A stretch of DNA of 57,735 nt, counting the filler, from Ionaspis alba (lineage: Eukaryota), in NCBI GenBank assembly GCA_964255285.1. It is 4 parts of 4 records of this genome, joined end to end, with 100 filler letters (N's around TTAATTAATTAA, not from the genome) between each part and the next. Parts side by side here need not be neighbours in the genome. Positions count along the whole stretch, not along the records: positions 43,408 to 57,735 come from CAXUUL010000425.1; 3 more parts are not named here. One strand, written 5' to 3'. Of this stretch, positions 47,501-57,735 are shown one piece after another. The position numbers and the translations under genes were made by a program. Within the stretch, counting starts at the first letter, position 1; each line of letters begins with the position of its first letter. The notes beneath the pieces are model-generated. The model saw only the letters and a list, made by a program, of their open reading frames with translations, was not told where the DNA came from and did no database searches.

Positions 47501-50500
47501 AGGTGCAGATGACAACCTGTAGCTGATCTTGTCCTTGTCCTGGGAAATAGTCAAGCCTTCCATATCGAGAGCATCCTCATCGGACTCAAGGAGTAGTTGA
47601 CCGCCAAAATACTCGACAACTGGGATACTGGCATCCTTTCCTCCATAGACGTCTTTGGTCAAACCTTTGATGTGGTCGTTGTGAATGCCATCCAGAATAT
47701 CCTTGATTGGTTCATCGATGGTGTTCGAATACTTTGCCGCAGTCGGACCTTGTAAGATACAAGTCCTACCGACATCCTGATCGACCACGGCTTCCAGATC
47801 TTCCGACTGCCACAATGAATCTTTCTTGAAGAAGAACTCGAAGTTTTCGTCCAAACAGGGAACAAAAGGAACAGGCTTTTGACCACGGCGCTGACAGAGC
47901 AGAAGGAAATGCTGTACGTCCTGGGCATTGATCAACTGTTCTGTGCAGTTTGGATATGCTGCAAGAACCTTGTCGACCACCTCGTATGGTAGGTCTAAAT
48001 CTGAGTAGTTCTGCAACAGAGACGCCTGACCAGATTTTGTCGTGAATCGTTCTTCAATACGTCGGATGAAATCACCGGTAAGGCGTGCAAGCGAAGGGTC
48101 AATCCATCGAGACTCATGCTTGACGAACATGAGGTCAACCATACGACGGAGAACCTCTGCGTAAGTCATATCTTCAAGATCCACGACTTCACCAGCAGAG
48201 TTGCGTCCGAACCAGACTTTCTGGAAGTCATCGTTTAGCTTTTTGATGATGTATTCGCGTTGTTTCTTAAGCTCGGGCACTCGCTTCGCTTTGTCGAGAC
48301 TGAAGATTTTCTGGTCCATTTCGGCCCAGAATTTGACACCCCTTGTTGCGAGTTTGTGAATGGGTTCACCCATTTCGGAGCGTACGGTGATGACGCCTCC
48401 GGCCGGACCTTTGTAGGTCTTCTCCCATTGACTATCGTCAACTCCCTCGGCTTCAGCAATAGCTTTCTTTGCGTTCGTCGACGTCTTGGCCTCCTTGGCG
48501 GTCATCATACGGCTTCCGAAGAGGCAGCCGTCATAAGGCATTGGAGGATATCCGAATCTATTAGACCACGTGCCTGTGAGGTAGGGATATGTGTCCTGAG
48601 ATCCACCGAATCCACTACCAGCAACCAAGATAAGGTTCTCACATCGTCGGAGGCGACCATACATCTGCAGGATAGGCTGATGGAAGTCTTCGAATGAGTG
48701 ATGGCCTCCTCCACGTCCACCAGTCCATTGTAGCATGACTGGGAAATGCGGGTTGGCTTTGGCAATGTTGATGACTTGTTGAATCGCTTCAACGGATCCG
48801 GGTTTGAAAGAGATGTGCTTGATACCTAGGGTTTCAATATACTCGTTGGCAACCTCGATCGAAGGAACCCCGGCACCGATAGTCAATCCGTCAATTGGAA
48901 CACCATCAGCTCGTAGTTGACCGATCAAAGGGATCTGCCATTGCATAGCTCGAGGGTTAACGTAGATAAGATTGACGGTGATACCACGTCCGGCTGGGAT
49001 TGCTTTCTCGATCTTGGTCAGTGCCTCGGTCATAGTCTTAGCATTGTAATATCCTCCTCCAGCAAGCTCGATCTGATAACCGGCATTCATCGTTGCGGCG
49101 ACGAAATCCCAAGGTACGGTGCAAGGGGTCATGCCAGCCACCATCACTGGGGGGACTCCCAGAAGTCTGCTCATCTTCGTATCAACGAAAGTTTGGCCAA
49201 CAGAAGTCTTGACAAGTTTTGGCCCGTGCTCCTTGACCCAATCGACAGCGTACTTCACAGCGTGTTCTTCATCACGGTCAAATAGTTCAGGTTTGTAGCC
49301 GATTTCAGTGCTGGTACCGTCCATTGCACCTCCAAGAATGACTCGTACTCCCGTACCATCTTTATTGCGGTTCGTCAGGACACCTAGACCCGAGATGCCA
49401 CCAGGCCCGAAGTCGATGATATGCGTGGCCTTCGTGAAGACCGTAGCTGTCTCCCAATTTACAGTGTCTTGTGTAATCATTCGGATCAATGCGGGTACGA
49501 CATCCGCACTACCTTGCTCCCTCAGATCCTTTCCAGAGTTTGTGTCGTATACTGCAATTCCTAGACTTTTGGCGGAAATCTTGATATCCTTCAAATCTTC
49601 CTGGCAATTCTTGAATGCTTCTGCTAGATATGGGCTGTGAAATGGGGCAGTGATCGGAAGGAAGCGGTTGACGAAGCGGACTTTCCGTTCTGTAAACGGA
49701 ATCCGAGTTTGGTCGAGTCCAGTTGGTGCTTTGACTTTTCGCAGCCGAAGGTTGAGACCATACAACGAGATCGGAGGTCCAGTGACAACAAAATTGCGGG
49801 CACTATTGACCAGTGATATCGAGATGTGTCTATCTTCTGGGAGATGGTGATTCGTGGTATCGATGTGCTCCTGAACGGCGGCCCTGGAGAGGTCGCGAAT
49901 GGACAACATTGGCGTTGGGGTACCTTCGCCGTTCTCTAGTGAGTCTTGCAGGATCGAAGGAGCTAGAGAGGTTCGAGGATAGGCTTGCTGGCTTCGTGAT
50001 CCAATCCAGAACAAGATGGTGAGGCAGTCCTTGACCGCTTTGTCAAAGGACTCCCATGAATCTGCAGACGCAATCGCAGCGGCTGTCACAATTCCCTGCG
50101 AGTGGCCAGTAGTCCCTCGAAGACATTCTCGGATATCGCCAGGCTTGACTCCGAGCGTTTTACACGTCACGGTGTAGTGGGCAAGTTGGACAAGCCCGAT
50201 CAACGGTAAGCTGACCGGTGCTGAGACGAGGTAGTCGGTGTCTGGTTGAGAATCCTTGTTGTGTAGCCATCGCATGACATCTAAGCCTTTTGAGTAGAGC
50301 TTGACTGCCTGCGGATGTCTAGCCAAAGATTGCAGGAGCTCTGCCGATTCCACGACAAGCTTTTCGACGAAAGAAGGGTAGGTCGTGTAAACTTCTCGGA
50401 GCTCCTCAAAGTACTCCTCGATATTTCCTTGGCCGCCAAAAACAGCATATATCGATGCCTCATCGTCCGCTGCAGCTCTGAAAAGTGCTGATTGATGTGG

Positions 50501-50956
50501 ACGAATTGGCCTGTCTGTTGAAGCTCTCGCAGCAAAGTATGATTGTACCACTATGAGCTTCTTCTGCTCGATACCGGGAAGGGCTGCAGCAATGGCATGT
50601 ACGTCGTTGCCCCGTAGGAAGGCTCGTTCAAATTCGTTGAGGACCAGCTTCAAAACCTCTTCGTATGAGCCTTGGGAATCATCATCTTCATCGACTTCTT
50701 TGGAGACGAAGCCGAGAAATCTAGCCACAAGCTCTGGTGTCGACGAAGGCTCGTCATCTTGTGCTAGCTCGTCTGTTGGTGTTGGGAGGGAGGAGGTAAA
50801 GCGGTCTTTGAGCTGTGATGCTTGGAAGTGAAGGACGGTGGGTATCAGGAGAGAATGCTCTAGAGAGCCATGTGAGAGGACGAGAGGACGCAATGAGGAC
50901 GAGGATCGTGGCGTCGAGACACCTGTCTGAGGGCCGGTACCACCAGCGCCGTGCAT
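44567..50956 (-). CDS. FAS1: Fatty acid synthase beta subunit (3 exons; introns ~45707-45760, ~45052-45101)
   Basis: AT (GHSQG), ER ([15 protein letters not shown]), DH ([16 protein letters not shown]) and MPT ([23 protein letters not shown]) domains. In-frame upstream ATGs exist up to ~51004. Confidence 0.97.
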
Positions 50957-51984
50957 GTTCGAGGAGTTGAGGGGCATGGAGAAATGTGAAAGGTTTGGCT
51001 GCATTCTGTCAGTGTTGTGAGAAGGGTATGGAGACGGTATGAGAAAGACAGTAATGGAAGACGGGGAGAGCTTGCAGTGGAAAAGATTGTTAAAGTCTGA
51101 GGTTTGTACTTACCACGAGAAAGCTTAGGACAGTCGGATACTATGAAGCTCCACAACACTTGGCTAGTGTGGAAAAGCTGGTCAAAGGAAGCAAGAATGC
51201 ATTCAATGGGCGCGAGGAAGTCAAAAGTGCCTATCAGGGACTCGAGTATTGCTCTGTGGTTGGTGGAAGGGTGGGGATTGCGTAAAGATTCGGGATGTTA
51301 AGGATCTGCACGACAGGAACCGAAAAAAAACAGTTGAGCGCAGAAGCTTCAAGCTCTCTCCGCATTTTTCGCCTTAGTCATTTGAACTCGGTATGGGGAA
51401 GGCCCTCCGTCGTCAAATGGTGGTGTGGATTTACATCTGTGTATGACATTGAGGTCTACAGCGCTTGGTGCCATCGTCTTCTACAGAATTATCAGCATAT
51501 ACATGTCGCAATGGATGCCTACAGCAGAGAAATATTCTTGTGCATGGCTGGTGCTCGATGACATGGTAGTTCCTGAGCTTGCAAAACTCGGCAAGAGCCA
51601 CTGGGGCATGGGGGCCGCTAAGGCAAGCCCTACCCAACTTGCATCATAGCGTCCCAACTCTCTTTTTCGGAAAGCTCGAACTGACGGCGGGAGCTTTGAC
51701 TCGCCCAATGTTTCCGTAGCTCCGTTTCTGTCAAAAACTCTCCACCCGAGAAGATCTCTATCAATCAGTCAATCTTCACTCAGTGCTTTGCATTTACCTC
51801 CTCACTCCGACAACCTCTCTCCTCACAGCAATTAACTCACCTTGCCTCTCCCCATCACCAGTCTCTCCTTCAGAAACAAAAAGCTCACATCCTCTCCCTC
51901 ACGTCACTCTAGGCAAACACCCCCTCATACCAGCACTCTCTCTACTCTCAATTCCCCGTCTTCGGACGTTAAAGCACCCTCATA
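50957..51984. promoter_or_regulatory. Bidirectional promoter of FAS1/FAS2
   Basis: About 1 kb between divergent starts; CT-rich leaders on each coding strand; CCAAT at ~51704. Confidence 0.7.
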
Positions 51985-54900
51985 ATGCGTCCCGAAGCAG
52001 AGCAAGAGCTCGCCCATACTCTCCTTGTCGAACTCCTCGCATACCAATTTGCTTCCCCTGTCAGATGGATAGAAACACAAGATGTGGTGCTCGCAGAGCG
52101 GAATACAGAACGAATTGTCGAGATCGGTCCAGCAGACACACTGGGCGGAATGGCAAAGCGGACATTGGCCTCAAAATACGAAGCCTACGATGCTGCCTTG
52201 TCAATCCAACGGCAAATCTTATGCTACAACAAGGACGCCAAAGAGATCTACTATGATGCTGATCCCGTTGAGGAGGAGTCTGCCCCAGCTGCCACTGGAG
52301 GTAGTGCACCAGCACCGGCCACTTCTTCGGCACCTACACAAGCTGCACCTGTTGCAGCAGCCCCACCGCCTCCACCTAGTGCGGGACCTGCTGCTGCTGT
52401 GGCAGACGCTCCCGTTACAGCTGTCGACATTGTTCGATCTCTCATCGCTCAGAAGTTGAAGAAGCCATTGACCGAAATCCCATTGAGCAAGGCCATCAAA
52501 GACTTGGTTGGGGGTTAGTTGTTCAATGTCCTCTACTTTACGAGCTTCACTGACAAGTCAAATTCTACAGGTAAATCAACGCTTCAAAATGAGATTCTCG
52601 GAGACCTTGGCAAGGAATTTGGTTCGACACCCGAGAAGCCAGAAGATACACCTCTAGATGAACTAGGAGCGTCTATGCAAGCTACGTTCAACGGACAACT
52701 TGGAAAACAGTCATCTTCGCTTGTAGCAAGATTAGTATCCTCCAAGATGCCCGGTGGCTTCAACATCACAGCGGTGCGAAAGTATCTCGAATCGAGATGG
52801 GGACTGGCTTCTGGAAGACAAGATGGTGTACTACTACTGGCCCTTACCATGGAGCCGGCGTCACGACTGGGATCCGAAAATGATGCGAAGGCCTTCTTGG
52901 ACGACGTCGCGAACAAGTATGCCTCCACTGCTGGCATCAGCCTTTCCGCTCCAGCCGCGGGCGGAGACGCTGGCGGAGCAGGTGGAGGGATGATGATGGA
53001 CCCAGCAGCCATCGATGCCCTTACCAAGGACCAACGAACCCTTTTCAAGCAACAACTAGAGCTATTTGCTCGGTATCTGAAGATGGATCTTCGTGCTGGC
53101 GACAAGTCCTTTGTTGGCTCGCAAGAGTCACAGAAGGTTCTTCAGGCACAACTGGATCTTTGGAACACAGAACACGGGGAGTTCTATGCTGAGGGCATAA
53201 AACCCGCTTTCAGTCAGCTCAAAGCCCGTGTTTACGACTCTTCATGGAATTGGGCTCGACAAGACGCTCTTTCCATGTACTACGATATCATATTCGGCAG
53301 ACTTAAGGCTGTGGACCGCGAAATTGTCAGTCGTTGCATTCGAATCATGAACCGGTCAAACCCCACCCTACTTGAGTTCATGCAATACCACATCGACAAC
53401 TGCCCTACCGACCGAGGAGAAACTTACAAGTTGGCCCAGCAGCTTGGAGAACAGCTCATCGAAAACTGCAAAGAAGTCCTCAGCGAAGCTCCAGTATACA
53501 AGGACGTTGCCATACCGACCGGCCCACAGACTACAGTCGATGCCCGAGGCAACCTCGAGTACGCAGAAGTGCCTCGAGCTAGCGCACGCAAGCTCGAGCA
53601 CTATGTGCGCGAGATGGCCAACGGTGGAAAGATCTCCGAGTACGGCAACCGTACGAAGGTGCAGAACGACCTCAGCCGGATCTACAAGCTCATCAAGCAG
53701 CAACACAAGCTTTCCAAGACTTCTCAGCTGGAGATCAAGTCTCTGTATGAGAATGTCATTCGGTCTCTTGCCATGAACGAAGGCCAGATAATGCCTTTGG
53801 AAAATGGAAAAGCCATGAACGGTCACGCAAAGCGAGGTGGTCGTAACGGAACCAAGCCTGCGATGAATGGTCAACTCAAACAGGGCAAGGTCGAAACTAT
53901 CCCCTTCTTGCATCTCAAACGAAAAGACGAGCACGGCTGGGAATACAGCAAAAAACTTACAGGTGTCTACCTCGACGGCCTAGAGCAAGCTGCTAAGGAC
54001 GGAGTCACCTTCCAGGGCAAGAATGCACTCATGACCGGAGCTAGTGCCGGATCTATCGGTGCTGATGTCCTCCAAGGACTTATTAGTGGCGGTGCAAAGG
54101 TTGTTGTCACAACAAGCAGATTCTCCAGAGAGGTCACGGAGTACTACCAGGCCATGTATACTCGCTATGGTGCCACCGGCTCCCAATTGGTTGTCGTACC
54201 GTTCAATCAAGGAAGCAAACAAGACGTCGAGGCACTTATCGAGTACATCTACGACACCAAGAAAGGTCTCGGCTGGGATCTTGACTATGTTGTTCCTTTC
54301 GCAGCCATTCCTGAGAATGGTCGTGAGATTGACAGCATCGATTCTAAATCTGAATTGGCTCACCGAATAATGTTGACCAACCTCCTAAGGCTCCTCGGAT
54401 GCATTAAGACACAGAAGCAAGAGCGGGGATACGAGACCCGACCTGCTCAAGTCATGCTACCTCTATCGCCGAACCACGGTACCTTTGGTAACGATGGTCT
54501 TTACTCTGAATCCAAATTAGCCCTGGAAACTCTTTTCAACAGATGGCACTCCGAGAACTGGGGCAACTTCCTCACGATCTGTGGAGCCGTTATTGGATGG
54601 ACTAGAGGCACAGGGCTTATGAGCGGCAACAACATCGTCGCCGAAGGTCTTGAGAGCTATGGTGTCCGTACTTTCTCGCAGCAAGAGATGGCTTTCAACC
54701 TTTTGGGCTTGATGTCTCCAACTATTGTCAACCTTTGCCAGGTCGAACCTGTTTTTGCTGATCTCAACGGAGGTTTCCAGTTCGTTCCTAACGTCAAGGA
54801 GCTTATGACCGACCTTCGTAAGGAGATTATGGAGAAAAGCGAGGTCAGAAAAGCAGTCACTAAAGAGACCGCGATCGAGAACAAGATCGTAAATGGCGAA

Positions 54901-57720
54901 GCTAGTGAGGCATTGTACAAGAAGGTTACGGTTGAACCACGAGCCAACATCAAATTCGCATTCCCGGAACTCCCTGACTGGAAACAAGATGTCGAGCCAT
55001 TGAACTCTAACCTCAAAGGCATGGTCGATCTCGACAAAGTTGTCGTCGTCACTGGCTTTGCCGAGATCGGTCCTTGGGGTAACTCAAGGACAAGATGGGA
55101 GATGGAAGCTTATGGCCAATTCTCTCTCGAAGGCTGCATCGAGATGGCTTGGATGATGGGTCTCATCAAGAATCACAATGGTCCACTGAAGGGCAAGTCA
55201 TACTCCGGTTGGGTCGACGCTGCGAGCGGAGATCCCGTCGACGACAAAGACGTAAAGGCCAAGTACGAGAAGTACATACTCGAGCACTCTGGTATCCGTC
55301 TTATCGAGCCCGAGCTCTTCAAAGGCTACGACCCCAAAAAGAAACAGCTACTCCAAGAAGTCGTTATTGAGGAAGACCTCGACCAATTCGAAGCATCCAA
55401 AGAGACAGCCGAAGAGTTCAAGCGCGAGCATGGTGAGAAGGTGGAAATCTTCGAACTTGCTGAATCCGGAGAATACACAGTCCGTCTGCTGAAGGGCGCC
55501 ACCCTTCTCATTCCGAAGGCTCTGAAGTTCGATCGCTTGGTTGCTGGTCAAGTTCCAACAGGATGGGATGCTAAGAAATACGGTGTTCCCGACGACATCA
55601 TTTCTCAGGTCGACCCCGTCACCCTATACGTCCTTGTCTGCACCGCCGAGTCACTACTTGCGTCAGGTATCACCGATCCTTACGAGTTCTACAAGTACGT
55701 CCATCTATCTGATGTGGGTAACTGTATCGGATCTGGTATTGGTGGTACGCACGCTCTTCGTGGTATGTACAAGGACCGCTTCCTCGACAAACCCCTGCAG
55801 AAGGATATCTTGCAAGAATCGTTTATCAACACCATGAGTGCCTGGGTCAATATGCTACTCCTTTCATCGACTGGACCAATCAAGACACCAGTCGGTGCTT
55901 GTGCCACAGCTGTCGAGTCCATTGACATCGGATACGAGACTATTGTTGAGGGCAAGGCGCGAGTCTGCTTCGTTGGTGGATTCGATGACTTCCAAGAGGA
56001 AGGCTCTTACGAATTCGCCAACATGAAGGCTACGAGCAACGCAGAAGATGAGATTGCCCACGGCAGAACGCCAAAGGAGATGTCTCGACCAACCACCACC
56101 ACCCGAAATGGTTTTATGGAATCTCAAGGTTGCGGTATGCAGGTCATCATGAGTGCCCAACTGGCTCTGGATATGGGTGTTCCGATCTACGGTATCGTTG
56201 GCTTCACTGCGACCGCTACTGATAAGATTGGTCGATCTATCCCTGCTCCTGGGCAAGGTGTCTTGACGACTGCCCGTGAGAACCCTTCGAAATTTCCCTC
56301 TCCTCTACTCGACATCAAATACCGAAAGCGACAGCTTGATCTTCGACGAAACCAGATCAAGCAATGGCAAGAATCGGAGCTCATGTACATGCAAGAAGAA
56401 GTCGCTGCAATGAAGTCTCAAAGCAGCGAGTTCGACGAGTCGGAATACATGCAAGAGCGTGCTCAGCACATCAGCAGAGAAGCCATTCGACAAGAAAAGG
56501 AAGCCATGAATAGTCTTGGCAACAACTTCTGGAAGCAAGACTCTCGCATCGCTCCACTAAGAGGAGCCCTCGCAACTTGGGGTCTGACCATCGACGATCT
56601 CGGCGTCGCCTCCTTCCACGGAACGTCAACAGTCGCCAACGACAAGAACGAATCCAGTGTCATCTGCCAACAAATGCAGCATCTCGGCCGCAAAAAGGGC
56701 AACGCCCTCCTGGGCATCTTCCAAAAATACCTAACCGGCCACCCCAAAGGTGCCGCCGGCGCCTTCATGTTCAACGGCGCCTTACAAGTCCTCAACAGCG
56801 GACTCGTACCCGGCAACTTCAACGCCGACAACGTCGACAAAGTGATGGAGAAATTCGACCACATCGTGTACCCGAACCGGTCGATCCAAACCGACGGCAT
56901 CAAAGCCTTCTCCGTCACCTCCTTCGGCTTCGGCCAAAAAGGCGCCCAGGCAATCGGCATCCATCCCAAATACCTCTTCGCCACCCTCGACCAGGCGCAA
57001 TACCAAACCTACCGGACCAAGGTCCAGGCCCGCCAGAAGCGCGCTTACCGCTTCTTCCACAACGGCCTCATCTCCAACAGCTTGTTCGTCGCCAAAACCC
57101 ACACCCCCTACTCCGACGCCCAGGAATCACAAATCTTCCTCAACCCCAGCGCCCGCGTTTCCATGGACAAAAAGACCTCCGAGCTCACCTACGCCGGTGT
57201 TGGCAAAAAGGCGCCCGCGGACGCGAAAACGGAATCCACGCGCCAGATGGTGGAGTCCCTGGCCAAGGCCACGGCGACGGAGAACTCGAAGATCGGCGTC
57301 GATGTCGAGAGCGTCGATGCGGTTAATATCGCTAACGAGACTTTTGTGGAGAGGAATTTCACGGCCAAGGAGCAGGCGTATTGCCGGAAGGCGGCGAGTC
57401 CGCAGGCGAGCTTTGCGGGGAGGTGGAGTGCGAAGGAGGCGGTTTTTAAGAGTTTGGGGGTCCCGAGTAAGGGTGCGGGAGCGGGTATGAGGGAGATTGA
57501 GGTTTTGAGTGATGAAAAGGGCGCGCCGGTTGTGACTGTGAGTTTTTTTTTAACTCCTTTTTACTTAGTGAGAGATGAGGAGGGATGGGTGGGCTGACTT
57601 TTGTTGTAGTTGTATGGTGATGCTAAGGCTGCGGCGAGTAAGGCGGGTGTGAAGAAGGTGGATGTTAGTATCAGTCATGATGATACGCAGGCGATTGCTA
57701 TTGCTGTGTCGAAGTTTTAG
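51985..57720 (+). CDS. FAS2: Fatty acid synthase alpha subunit (3 exons; introns ~52514-52570, ~57538-57610)
   Basis: [78 protein letters not shown]; last exon [28 protein letters not shown]. Confidence 0.97.
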
Positions 57721-57735
57721 AGATGGGGGGAGAGA

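Noticed and set aside
44567..57720. FAS pair as a secondary-metabolite (hexanoate synthase-type) cluster
   Set aside because: Sequences look like canonical primary FAS with an intact PPT domain; the neighbour is housekeeping EMC10 and no PKS or tailoring genes are visible.

Overview
Intron-containing DNA from a filamentous ascomycete (Pezizomycotina; the gene set and intron style are fungal, finer taxonomy cannot be fixed from sequence alone). The window joins four assembly pieces through artificial 100-nt N-TTAATTAATTAA-N linkers (14398, 28877, 43308) and has two 100-N scaffold gaps with 55-nt duplicated flanks, so gene order across linkers is not biological. Housekeeping genes: PEX1, ATP11, a peroxisomal (PTS1 -AKL) 4-coumarate/phenylacetate-CoA ligase-like enzyme, an MFS transporter, NHP6, CENP-H, ATG11, VPS11, an AT-hook protein, EMC10 (3' part) and the divergent FAS1/FAS2 pair. 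Accessory content: a large secreted propeller/Ig/WSC protein, a WSC fragment and a 52-aa Cys-rich zinc-ribbon ORF below the ORF-track cutoff. The strongest candidate for an undescribed system is the head-to-head pair at 9163-14392. One gene encodes a patatin-like protein lacking both catalytic residues and carrying a HeLo-like N-terminus. The other encodes a HeLo-like domain fused to a degenerate kinase-like domain, an MLKL-like layout. Together they suggest a regulated cell death or allorecognition module; this function is inferred, not shown. Domain names come from motif recognition by eye, not database searches.
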